Origin: Bugula neritina
Lineage: Eukaryota > Animalia > Bryozoa
DNA: 64,000 nucleotides
Direction: 5' to 3'
NCBI GenBank assembly: GCA_964035545.1
Contig: OZ037772.1
Coordinates: forward strand, 10,538,818 to 10,602,817
This document shows positions 1 through 12,850 of this stretch, piece by piece. Made by a program: the position numbers and the translations under genes. The notes beneath the pieces are model-generated. The model had not been told where the DNA came from. It did not search any database and was given only the letters and a program-made list of their open reading frames with translations. Within the stretch, counting starts at the first letter, position 1. Every line of letters starts with the position of its first letter.

Positions 1-796
1 TGAATAATGGTAATATAATATTTAGTCACAGTTTCAACATTTCAATAACATTAGCATAGTGTAATATAATCACATTATAACTTTTAGCAGTGGGAGACAA
101 TCACCGATATTCTGTTGTCAAACTCAAAGAAAACTCAGCCAGTTTCACCACAACACAGGAAGATACAAGAGTAGATAAATTTAGTAGTAACTATATGAAC
201 ATAGAGTCTATGGAGAATACACAAGGGTAAAGTAACTTTCAATAACATTGACTAAATTTTAATTAATATTCAAGTATTTAGTTACAGCATATAATAATAG
301 GTAATAGCTCAGCATAATAGTACTTGTTATTGTATATACAATATGTGAATTTTAACTTTTGTTAGATCACCAAATTTAAATTCATAAGAAACTATAAATA
401 TTCTGCATAAATTGAATTATTTCTACAGGAGGAATGCCTGTCAGTCTGGTCAACCCAACAAAGTGTATGAAAACATGAAAGAAGCTGATTTAGTAGATGG
501 AGGCAGTAATTATGTTGGTAAGTTAGATGTTAGTTGAAAGTCCACCATTTTATTCCCAGTTATTCTAAATGAGAGTGGAGAAACGTTTAGATCATTAGCA
601 ATATTATTTTTTCAATTGAAATGGTGGTTAGTTATGTGGATGCAAAATACTGTGCATATATAATACGATTTAACTATATATATGTCTCCTGGAATACAGC
701 TTTAGTCATCTTTTTATACATTCTGTAGGTATGACAACTCCTGGTACAGAGCCTGCTCACGTATACTCCTCATTGAGAGATGCACGTCTAGATTAA
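1..796 (+). CDS. Receptor cluster gene 0 (3' part only): cytoplasmic Tyr-motif tail, close paralog of gene 1
   Basis: Exons <1-9, 91-226, 429-517, 729-796 (TAA), all GT-AG and phase-consistent. They translate to ...GDNHRYSVVKL...SNYMNIE...KVYENMKE...SNYVGMTTPGTEPAHVYSSLRDARLD*. Bases 1-~1320 align to ~6918-8485. Confidence 0.85.
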
Positions 797-3004
797 CACT
801 CTATGGTCTATTTGTCAGGTCTATATATATATCTTTGACTTCCTAGATAACCTGTAATATAACTCATAATCATATTCATAACAAAATGATGAACTTTAAA
901 ACAAATTGATGTTTTTTTATAAAATTATGTTTATATACTATATTTATTTATATCATTTAAAATTCAGTTTATGTGTTTTACTGCTTTCTTTTTAAACTAA
1001 TACGTTTTTCTATACGTGCTATGTTGATAGAAAGCGCTAATAGCTATAAATAGCAAGTTAACCAATTATTTTGATAAGTATTATATATAAGCTGGTGTTA
1101 ATTGGCATGTATTTTCAATGTCTCCCATTATATTAAATAAACAGTTATATATTTATATTACGTTTGTAGCTCAGCAGTATTTTGTCTTTTAATTAACTAT
1201 GGATAATGAAAGCTTGTAAAGCTGTAGAAATTACACAAAGGGCTTATAATATATGCAGAATAGACATCAAGGAGGAAGTTGAATTTACACAATAGCATAA
1301 TATAGCTAAGGAATGTTTTATATATTTTTTGCAAAAGTAGGTTTAGAAACTACAAAGAAAAGTATGATTGTTGGCTCAAGGTGTATGATAATATACTGTA
1401 ATATAAAACTAATATTTATATAGAAACTGTTTTTGGTCATGTTTTTACCCACATCAAAATCTACATGCAAAATACTTCACGGCCTATATGCCAGTAATAA
1501 TAACACTATATATTATGCTAATAATAGTACTGTGTGCTACTAACAATAGCATTGTGCTAATAGTTGGTAACTTCATGTACAATCCATAATTGAATTTTAT
1601 TAATTGAGTTTGGTAAAAAATTAAATTATTTCTATAAAAAAAAATTATACGAAATTATTTAATGAACATTTATTTTACAATTTCATTGTCCATTAACATA
1701 TGCAATTGCAACTTATGGAAAAAGTTGAAATTTTGAATTCCTCCTTTTGATTTTTATCCACTTTATGATATACTTGAAATAAAAAATATGAAATACCCCA
1801 ACTTATTTGCAACATAATAAAAAAAGCTTCAAGATACCACAACTCCGTACAATTATTCTTTTAAATAACTTATATAAGTTAACAATTACACCCCAAGCAT
1901 GTTTTTCTGTTTGTATTGAGAACATAGATTTTGCCTGCAAAAAATCATTTGGACTAAAAAAGCATTTCCTGTCATTATGATTCTGTTTTCGTTATGGTCT
2001 TGTTTTTTCATCAAAGTTGTTCAATATGAGCAGACCTTTGTGATACATAAATAATTAGAACTTGGTAGAGAATTACAAGTATAAATAGTTTATACTAATA
2101 TTACATGTATATTGACTTTAACACAAATCTTCTTAATATTTCTTGGTTAGGGCAAATAAAACATCATTCATAGCATGTGTAAATAAAAGGTGAACATTTA
2201 GCTTCTTTGTAATTCCATAGCAGAAAAAGGTGCTATATATTGAATAATAATAATAACCCTCATGGCAAATAATAGAAATTAATTGGAACCAAGGCTATGC
2301 TTTTCACATACCAGGAAGTTAGCCTGTGCTTGTTGATTGGTGGAAATATTGTCTACAAATGATGGGCTGGCACTGCGGCTATATAATGCTTTTGTGTGGC
2401 AACATGCTATATGATGAAGCTTTCTGGATGTGTGCCTTTATTATTATATTTTAGGAATTCATTTTCAGATTTGTCTCCCTCCCTTAACCAATTTAAACCT
2501 CACTGTAGTACCTTAGGAGGCAAATGGTATAGTGGTTGTTGTGCTTCAACCATAATGTGTTATTTTACTACATATAATGGCTTCTAATTAAGTATCAATG
2601 CTTTTTCATAACAAAAGCTAATATGCTATAGGAGATGTGGTAGTTTACATTGCATTTTTTGTTATAAGCTTGTGTTAAAGTTAGCTAGCCTTCCACCATG
2701 TTTCAAACACTAAGCATACTTTGCAATGATGATTTTAATGCCAATGAATAAGGACATTTTTGCAGCGACTTTTTCAAAGCACAAATTAGATATCAAAATA
2801 CATTATCTTTGATGCATGAGTCAATCAGTTTCTTCCATTCTTACAGTGACTTTTCTTTAACAATAACACTATAAGTATTATTTCAACATCAATAAGGAAG
2901 TGTACTAAAGTAGGAGTATATATAGTATAACTACTGCACACCGTACTAGCTACTAGTTTGCTGTGAATTAAAAAGTGAGCATTGACTTCAGTAGACTCCG
3001 TACC

Positions 3005-6000
3005 ATGGATTCTAGGCTATATAATAAAGTACTCTGGCTATTCACCACTTTGTTTCTCATCAAACAGTATGGTGAGTTTATTTATATTTTATTATTCTCT
3101 AGTGGATCATTATTATAGTTTATTTATTTGTGTACCGAATTTTTAGTTTTTATTTCTTTTCAGACACAATTAAATGTAACTCGTCAATCATACACTTTAC
3201 ATGGTGTGCAGTTTGTTGCTCTGATCAGCTTATAATGGTTTGTCAACCATATTTGTGTGTCAATATATTTACTGCAGTAAATATATCTAAAGTTCTACAA
3301 ACTGTTTGACTTGATTTTATAGGTAGCCACTGCTTTCTCTAGAATTGCCCAAAACATTGTTTATTTTTTTCGAAATGCCGATTAAGTTGACCAGATGCAT
3401 CTGCAGTAAAAATTATCAGTCAATTGAAACTATATTCTCCTCAAGATAATGTGATGACCGCAAGGAATTCTAAATATAATGTGCTGGAAAAAATTGTTAA
3501 TGCAAAATATTGATGTGATTGAACAGTAAAAGGATGTCTTAGCTTTTCTTATTATATAACCAATTATTCGCACATGCAATAAATATCTGAGTTTGGCTTG
3601 AACTGGTTAGCTATAACATTATTTTATGCAGTGCAGAAAAATTGTAAAATTAAGCCATCGAAAACATTGCTTATAAAGATTGAGAGTGTAAATTCTTAAA
3701 ATATGAACTGTTGTAATGTAATGTAGTGATATATAGAATTTATAAGTTTGCAGTTTTAAAGTTATTATTCTTCTATAAGATCATTATACAATACAAACCA
3801 ACACTATATTTATTTGTCTATTTCTTTTCAGGTTGTCAGAGTGTGACTGAGTTCTGCACCAACTCAGTACAGAACATATCTTACAGAGTTGGAAGTTCTA
3901 TCAACATAACCAGTCCAGACTACCCCGGTTCTACTTACAATATATCACATGACTGTGAGATAAATATAGACACAGGAAGTACTAAGAGAGTTGGGTTTAG
4001 AATTGTTCAGACAAATCTTGGAGATGAGTCATCTAAATGTCAGATTGATTACCTCATAGTAGACTCTAGTGGTAATGATATTCCTAGAAAGTGGAACTGT
4101 AGTCTGGCTAATGATAGTGATGCGGTTCTCATTGGACACCATACATATAGTCAGACAGGATTTAACCTCAAGTTACCTGCTGGTTCAACACTAGGATTCA
4201 CCTTGACCTTTACAGGTAACGATGATATGTTAACTCAATGCCAACATTTATACTTAGTTTCTTATATATATAGTATGAGAAATCACTATTCAAAAGTTTT
4301 TTTGCTGGTTATATTATAGGCAGTATACTTGTTTAAGTTTTATCAGTATTTAAAATTTGATTATAGTTTTTATAATCCTATCAACATGCAATTAGATCTG
4401 CAGTGCAGTATATAATGGTATGTATACAAGTTATTATGAGAAGATTAAATTTAAGTTATTAAAGGTACATCTGGTTTAATAGCTCTGTCCATATACAGCA
4501 CATATATAATCTAAGGGATGAGCTATAACTGACTCATTAAGTCGTATCTGAATTTATACTTATTTTATAGTATATATATATAAACAGAAATGAAGTAACA
4601 CAACACAATGCCATATATGTTTAAAATTAATTTAACGTGCACTCAATATTGTAAAATCTGTGCAAAGAAAGTATTGATGTTTTGGTTTTTGCATTTTTCT
4701 ATTAGATTTCAGCTATGAGGGTCTTTTGAAAACATTTGCTCGCATTTACTAAAAATGGATACATGTCTTTCGGAGATTTTTTCTCTCATGCAGATGGCTA
4801 TACTGTAAACAAAGCATGACTCTGAAACATGACAAATCTTTATGCAGTTTTTTATAGCAGGCAAATCTTCTCTTTGATCATTGCAGATTAGATTTTATGC
4901 CCTAAAAATCTTTTAAATTTTGGCTATCTCTTACAGCTTTGCCACTCTACTCTATGACATCATCAACTCAAACTGTATCAGCAGCCACGTCACCAAGTGG
5001 TTACATAATGAGTCATAAAGGGTTTAATATACAGTATGCTAATCTCTATGGTTACAATCTATATAATAAACTTAACCTGACAGACCTCAGAGGAGTTACA
5101 GGAATACATTTAGAATTTATATCCATGAGCATCGGATTTTCATCAAAATGTGGATCTTCTGGTGATGAATTTAGACTAAACTCAAAGCCAACTGATAACC
5201 TCTATTCATGTCAAAACATCATAATGCCACCTTCTCCTCAGTACCTGCCCATCAACCCAGCTATCTCTTCTCTTCTATTCAATTTCACCACAGACTCTCT
5301 CAACAGATTTCCTGGCTTCTTACTGAAATATACAAGTATGTAGACAGCAATTATTATATGGTCGCAAAATATGTTATTTATGATAATGCAAGATTAAAGT
5401 TATAACCTCGATCTGGATACTTTTTGTAGCTTATACCAATGTTGAAATCTCTAGTAGGCCTACTACAACTAGTACAACATCGAGTACCACAATAAAAACC
5501 ACCAGCAGCACTACTGCCAGCACTACTACTAGCAGTAGTGTTGGCAATATAAGTGCTAGTAGTAGTGCTACTATTAGTACCAGCATAACTAGTATTACCA
5601 CTGCAGATCCAACTCATTCAACTACAACATCTGCAACAATGACCTCTAAAGAGCAAATAGCAGGTGAGTTATATAAGCAATATTTTACAGACAAACATAA
5701 CATTAAGCTATAGTGTGGCTCTAAGTATGTGGTCTTAAATATTTAATTCACAAAACTTTATCATAATATTATACTTGGCATGGCTTTTCCTATTTATATT
5801 TCCATACCAATTTAAGCTATATGTAAGTTATTACAGATGCTTGAAACAGTACGGCACATATTATAGAAATCAGAGGTAAATGAACAATCAAATCAAAATG
5901 TTTCATGTTTTTCATACAACTTTTAATGCAATTAAGAAAACAAAGCTATGATTGTAATTACTATAATTCCCAAGATGTTAAATGCATTAATAACTTATAA

Positions 6001-7701
6001 ACCATAGTAAAGGCTTTAAGTTATATGCTAAGGCACTTTAAAAATTTCAAATGGTTTGTGTTATTTTGTTAAGCAAAATCTGGAATCAGTTTTAAATAAA
6101 AATATCATATTATGCTAATTTGCCCGTAAATAAATTGCTGATCAACTATATATACATGCTAATGCTAATACGCTCTTTATGTTACAGGATGCCCTAGAAT
6201 AAATACCAATGTAATAGTTGGAATAAATGTGGCTGCAATCTGTTGTATAATCATCATCAACATAGCTGTGTGTCTACTATGGAGAAGGTAAGTGATAAGA
6301 TATATTATACTAGAATTAATATACTTAAGTGTAGTATACTTATAGTTCTGTTTTGCATATAAGTTGTTTGAAAAAAGAAATGTGTGCCTATATATCACAT
6401 TACGTATTGCTAAAGTTGTATTTTATCTACAAGATTGGAACATTACACAAACAGTAGCACTGAACCGACATTTTGCAATACAAAGCTGGATTTTTCTTTA
6501 TACTTAGAAGAATATTTAGTAAACCAAATTATGTTTTTGTATATTCTAAATGCATTTATTTAGACTTCAAAATTTCTAAACATGCTGTATTGTAAAGCCT
6601 ATATTTAGACATTGAGTTTTCAACAGTTATCCTAAGTGTGCTATAGGCACAGCTATATATAATTATATCTATTTTCCTATATTGCACATGGCCTATAATA
6701 TGCTATGTTATTCCAACGTAAAGTGGTGAAAGCTATAATTACATACTTTTTGAATTAAACATCTAAATATGATGGATAAACTTTCATGCACATGAATTAA
6801 AATATAAATTCAACATTTCCATTACAGAAGGTTCATGACTAAACATGGGACTGATGATCATACCTTGGATACAAACGCCAGTACATCTGATAAACATTAT
6901 GAACAGCTGAACCAAGTGAATAATGGTAATATAATAATTATTTATAGCTTAAGCATTTCAATAACATAAGCATAGTGTAATATAATTACATTATAACTTT
7001 CGGCAGAGGGAGACAATCACCGATATTCTGTTGTCAAACTCAAAGGAAGTTCAGCCAGTTTCACCACAACACAAGAAGATGTAGGAGTAGATAACTCTAG
7101 TAGTAACTATATGAACACGGAGTCTATGAAAAATAAACAAGGGTAAAGTGACTTTTAATAGCATTGACTAAATTTTAATTAGTATAATAGTATTTGGTTA
7201 TAGCATATAATAATAGGTAATAGCGCACACTAAACCTTTGTCAGCATAATAGTACTTGTTATTGTATATTATATAATATGTGAATTTTAACTTTTGTTAG
7301 ATCACCAAATTTAAATTCATAAGAAACTATAAATATTCTGCATAAATTGAATTATTTCTACAGGAAGAATGCCTGTCAGTCTGGTCAACCCAACAAAGTG
7401 TATGAAAACATGGTAGAAGCCAATACAGTAAATGGAGGCAGTAATTATGTTGGTAAGTTAGATGTTAGTTGAAGGTTTACCATTTTATTCCCAGTTATTC
7501 TAAATGAGAGTGAAGAAATGTTTAGATCATTAGCAATATTATTTTTTCAATTGAGATGGTGGTTAGTTATGTGGATGCAAAATACTGTGCATATATACAA
7601 TATAACTATATCATGTTTTTATACGTTCTGTAGGTATGACAACTCCTGGTACAGAGCCTGCTCACGTATACTCCTCATTGAGAGATGCACGTCTAGATTA
7701 A
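3005..7701 (+). CDS. Receptor cluster gene 1: type I membrane protein (~524 aa) with signal peptide, 2 divergent CUB domains, S/T stalk, TM and multi-Tyr tail
   Basis: Exons 3005-3071 (MDSRLYNKVLWLFTTLFLIKQY), 3832-4215 (CUB-like: ITSPDYP..Y....DC...DYL...GFTLTFT), 4937-5335 (CUB-like: SGYIMSH...FTTDS...FPGFLLKY), 5430-5663 (S/T-rich), 6188-6287 (TM VIVGINVAAICCIIIINIAVCLLW), 6828-6925, 7007-7142, 7364-7452, 7634-7701. Total 1575 nt, open frame. Confidence 0.88.
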
Positions 7702-7723
7702 CACTCTATGGACTATTTTTCAG

Positions 7724-7876
<153 letters not shown>

Positions 7877-7913
7877 TGAGTTATATATGAGTATTATATT
7901 ATATTGAGTATTA

Positions 7914-7949
7914 TATGAGTTATATTACAGGTTACCTAGGAAGTCAAAG

Positions 7950-7982
<33 letters not shown>

Positions 7983-8022
7983 ATATCTTTGACTTCCTAG
8001 GTAACCTGTAATATAACTCATA
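7914..8022. repeat. Palindrome: ~37-bp unique arms around (TA)n in the gene 1 3' region
   Basis: tatgagttatattacaggttacctaggaagtcaaaga-(TA)n-tctttgacttcctaggtaacctgtaatataactcata. Only one arm exists in gene 0 (~832-868). Confidence 0.9.
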
Positions 8023-8492
8023 ATCATATTCATAACAAAATGATGATCTTTAAAACAAATTGATGTTTTTTCATAAAATTATGTTTATACACTATATTTA
8101 TTTATATCATTTAAAAATTCATTTTATGTGTTTTACTGCTTTCTTTTTAAACTAATACGTTTTTCTATACGTGCTATGTTGATAGAAAGCGCTAATAGCT
8201 ATAAATAGCAAGTTAACCATTTAATTTGAGAAGTTTTATAAGCTAGTGCTAATTGGCATGTATTTTCAATGTCTCATTACATTATATTCAATAAACTGTT
8301 ATATATATTTATATCACTTTCGTAACTCAGCAGCACAAGTATGCCAAGTATTTTGTCTTTTAACTATGGGTAAAGAAAGCTTGTAAAGCTGTAGAAATTA
8401 TACAATGGGCTTATAATATATGCAGAATAGACATCAAGGAGGAAGTTGAGATTACATAATAGCTTAATGTATGTAAGGAATATTTTTCATTT

Positions 8493-8707
8493 AAAAAGTC
8501 ACGTAAGTTTTTAGCCACTATCTCTGTGAGAAGCCCTTGATGAAAAAAGTTTTTGTTAAAGTGGGCTAAGGACTTATTTAAATGAGGCACAAGAGCAATT
8601 ATGACTGAATGCTCTTCTTAACATCACCAATGGCCTTTGTCAGGGTTCAAACCCATGACTTTGTGCTTACTAGGCAAACGCTTTAATCCCTAGACCACGC
8701 GGCTGCT
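8493..8707 (-). mobile_element. tRNA-derived SINE (family B) at the junction between the CUB-type unit and the mucin-type units
   Basis: Aligns with 46503-46724 (A box tggtctaggg, B box gggtttgaaccc). Older degenerate copies lie at ~20570-20735, ~28975-29140 and ~38140-38305. Confidence 0.75.
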
Positions 8708-8901
8708 TCTCGAATTGAGCATTTTAAAAGGATGACTATATTGCATACCAACACTTTATAACTAGTGAATGCTTTGTAAGTTAACAATATGTTCAAAAAC
8801 TCATTAGCTAGTTGGTTGGTTACATACAAAAAAAATTCTTCATTATGAATGGGTGACTAGTTTTCAATTTTAATCTATAGAAACAGCACAAGGAACTTAT
8901 A

Positions 8902-11900
8902 CACAGAGAGAAATATTAGTGTTAGAGTGAACATTAGCTGACAACTAAAACAGCTCGTTTTTTGGATCCCTAAATTGACCAGCAGTGAATAGAAATTAGT
9001 GTCAGGTACTGTTCACAGTGAATAGTATGTTAGATCAATGTTGATATAAAGAGTTGTGAAGTTGATTCTTTGTATTTATCACAATGAGCCAAGTTATGTT
9101 CAATGGTGATCTTATATATGTTCATTGGTGAGCTTAAATATTTTCGATGGTGATCTTATTTATGCTCAATAGTGATATTATATATGTTTAATAGTGATCT
9201 TATTTATGCTCAATAGTGATATTATATATGTTTAATGATGATCTTATTTCTGTTCAAGTATGATCTTAGATATGCTCAATGCTGAACTAAGTTATATTCA
9301 AAGCTGAACTTATAAATGTTCCATGCTGCTCTAATTTTCGTTGGAAATAAGCTTCTGCAAAAATTATTACTGATCACTCAGAACTAACTTGTCATAACTT
9401 CTAACCAGTATGAGAGTATAGTTATGTGGATTTTATTGTATATGATAGTTGAATATAAGAAATGCAACAAAAAATAACTTCTAAAGATTAAAATAAGAAA
9501 AAAAACATGAAAATAAACATTTGCAGAATTTTTCTACGACCGTAAATTCAGTTAACTTTTCTCAATATTAGCAGAACCTGCTAAGACCATAGTGTGTGTC
9601 ATTACATTCTTGCTCTGTAGTGTAGCGATAACCAAGCAGTTGGGGTGTGTAATGGTTAGCACACCTGTGTGCAAGTCCGGGAGGGGGGAGGGGAAAGTTT
9701 TATAACTAATTCCAGCGGTTAGTAAAGTGTGGTAGTACTCCGAGAGGAGTTGAGTGGTCAGGGAAGCTTGAAGGAGTAGTATAAAAAAGGCAGCTGAGTT
9801 CTTGAAAAGTGTGTAAGGTGTAGTGTCGAGAGCACCCAGTGACGCTTGTAATGTAGTGGTAAATGCGCCTGCTTGCAGGCTGAAGGTCTCAGCATGATTC
9901 AAAGTTTTGTAGCGGTCAAATTCTTTTTTGTGCTCCTATTCAGCATCTTTGGGTGCATGATCTTAAAAATCTACAATAAAAGATAAAAGTTGGGTAATAT
10001 TCAAACTGTATTAGTATGAACAGTAAACATTTGGTTAAGATATACAATCACAAGCAGCTTATAAATTAAGTTCAACTTTGAAGAAGCTGAAGTCTAAGGC
10101 CAAAACTAATAGTATCAATGATGTTAGCTATGAATCTTTCAGCATATTTTCAGCACCATCGTACCAGTCGTTTGATTCTGAATAACCATACAGGCTTTGG
10201 CAAACTTATGATCATTATGTTGCGTAGTGTTTGGGTTAGTTTGAGCTTATCAAAATTTAGTAACAATCATGGCCATCATTTTATTTTTATTTCTTTCTTA
10301 ATTACAAATGCAAGAGCTGTTGGACATAATTGGTTTAGTTAATAGAAGCTTCTCTGCATTAAAATTATCTCAAAATGTCAGTGAACCACAATTTAAGCTA
10401 GATTCAGCATTTTATATGGACCCCTCATATCAAGATAACAGATATTGATAAGTTTCAGTATGTCTATAAATTGAAAAACAAATAAAGTACTACCAAGAAA
10501 AATATTGCTACTTAAACATGTTTTTTTATATTTAATTGTGCTGTGCAAAGATAAATAAAAAAATAAACTGGTAGCACGGAAGTTAATAAAAGATTTTGCC
10601 AACTTTGCCAACTCACCACTAATATTGGCATTTTGGTACTTAGCTATAAGACAAGAAGCTAGCTTGGCAGCTGCTTAAGGCTAATAACTACTTGTAGGCT
10701 GCTAAACTGCATTATTAACAATACTTCTACAATGGGGGGGGGGAGGGAATTCAAATTAATGAATTTAGCACAAATTGCTAGAAGGTGAAGTGGAAATAAA
10801 ACGCCAATTTTTTTGAAAATAGATTGTTACGAGAAAACTCGTATCAAATTGATATAGGAATAGAGTAGTTTGGGAAATATCAGTCAATGTGGTCTTTTAA
10901 AAGTTATAGTTGCACAAATTCAATTATCTGTCTACAGCAATAGTCATACTGTCATTGTGATATAAAATCACAATGACAACACTAAACAAATGATTGAGCT
11001 TACCTTTTGCTGCAATGACAACTTCAGTTCCTAACTCTGAAAAAAAGTGATCACCTTCTATCTCTGAGAGGTAGCTGCAATCTTTACCCATGTGATGAAA
11101 TCTTCAATGTTTTCCATAATGTGAGGTTGTTTGGAAGCACAAATTCACTGAATCTCAAAGCACAACCTCTTAGTCTGAGCCTTTGGTGTTCACTATGCCG
11201 GCAGAATATTTCTTCTGTCAATAGCCGTGAATGAAAACTATGTGCTGTTATGTAATAACCTTTGTTTGCTCTTTCGATGCTTGGTAAGCCAGTTTCTTGC
11301 CTTTGAATTACAATTTAAATATTTCCTTACTATAGCTCTGTTATGCAACATCTTCTTTTGTTCCACCAGGTAGTTTACACAAGTTACTTAGGCTTTTGAA
11401 GTGGTTCACCTAATCCACAATTGACTATTCAGTAGCTTGTTTCATTGTTAATTTTAAGCTTCTTGTTTGAAACACATTTGCTGATAACTGAGTACATTGG
11501 AGTTTAATGGTGCATCTCCCTGATCTCTCTTTTACACACGTTTTAAATTAGTTGGCTTTCCTTTCCATGAATGAAATTGACTAGTGAAGCCTAAACTACC
11601 CATGCAAGAGATACGTGCAGTTGAAATTTTTTGTTGATAAATTCAACTTAAGTCTTTGATAAACAGAGTGGGGCAATGTTTAATAGTAGTCTGGTAACAA
11701 GCTATTTGAAAATGTCTTGGGTTCAAAAAAATTTCGAAATCATAAACAGCTAGTAGGTTGAAGGAGTTTCATTCCACTTATATGCTCCACAGTTAGGTTG
11801 TATTTTTTGTTTTGGTACTAAGTATTATATACCTATATCCCCTTATATAACTTTCATATCGATTGCTAAACATAAAATAACCATTAATATGATATATTTG

Positions 11901-12602
11901 CAATAATATTTAAATTTTCCCAAACTTGTGTTGAATAAAAGCATTAAATGCAATAATAATAACATTTTTTCAAAAAACAAAAAATATAGAAAATGCAAAA
12001 TTAATAGGTTTATGCAGAGCAAAGAAATTTATTTGTGTGCCAATTATAAAAAGCAATTGACTCAAATTTATTTAAATACACATATATTTTAATAGTGCTC
12101 AAATAAATTGCACGCAAAATGTATAAATAGCATCTAACTGGGAAGCACCAATTGAAATGACCCAAATGTAGGGTTCAACTTCATCCTAGCTTCCTATAAA
12201 GGTTTGTGATCATCATTAGTGCACATGTGAACGAATAATGTTGTTAGGCGAACAACTGCCAATTGTTCCATAATTCTTATGTAAATAAAATTTTGCTTGA
12301 ACATAATATGTAGTTGTAGCATTGATATCACTTTCTGCTCCTATCAACTACTGTTTAGCTTCACTCAGACCTAGGGATGATGATTACGTAATACTTGTGA
12401 AAAGTAGTGTTGACTTAACAACTAAGTGGTTTCAGAGCTACTACAAAATATTTTTCAGCTTACACTATTCGGATTAATTTTCAATTTCATCAAAATAAGT
12501 GCAGGTCTAACAACTATTAGAGGTGTGGTGCAGGCTATGCCGACAATAAAAGGCTCTTTGAACAACTTTAGTGCAAGCGCTGCACTAATATTTCTCTCTG
12601 TG
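8902..12602. mobile_element. 3.7 kb TIR DNA element (CAC...GTG termini, TA duplication; CMC/EnSpm-like by termini), no intact transposase seen
   Basis: Perfect 20-bp TIR cacagagagaaatattagtg (8902-8921 / 12583-12602), TA on both sides. Removing the element and one TA gives ggaacttatatatacaaagc, which is exactly the empty site upstream of gene 5 (42821-42840). Confidence 0.85.
9095..9335 (+). repeat. 22-bp subterminal minisatellite (~11 degenerate copies) inside the TIR element
   Basis: Units such as tatgttcaatggtgatcttata, tatgttcattggtgagcttaaa and tatgctcaatagtgatattata. Confidence 0.85.
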
Positions 12603-12694
12603 TATATACAAAGCAAACATTGGGTGTAACACTGAGTGTATATATAACTATGACATGGCGTATGTACTCTACAGTAGCTGAATATATTTCATAT

Positions 12695-12850
12695 ATAGTC
12701 ATCAGTCAGTTTAGTAGTAGCAGGTTTAGCTCATCATTGAAAGCAAATTTGCTTTATAAGATCACATGATTTGAGGTTATATTTATATAAGTAAGAAAAA
12801 CCAACAGCAAACCCCTCCCTATTTGTTAATTTGCATGCATATATATAACT
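12695..12850 (+). promoter_or_regulatory. Putative proximal promoter conserved among genes 2-5
   Basis: Conserved agtcatcagtcagtt block, tcacatga E-box-like site (12762-12769; also ~25449 and ~42969; tcagatga in gene 4) and TATA-like tatataag (12784-12791) ~65 bp before the ATG. Conservation may simply reflect recent duplication. Confidence 0.35.

Noticed and set aside
6828-7142. Canonical ITAM in the receptor tails
   Set aside because: Closest case is YEQL-x11-YSVV in gene 1; spacing and final residue do not fit YxxL/I-x6-8-YxxL/I. Reported only as tandem Tyr motifs.
9095-9335. CRISPR-like array
   Set aside because: Contiguous degenerate 22-bp units with no unique spacers, no cas genes, and a eukaryotic context.
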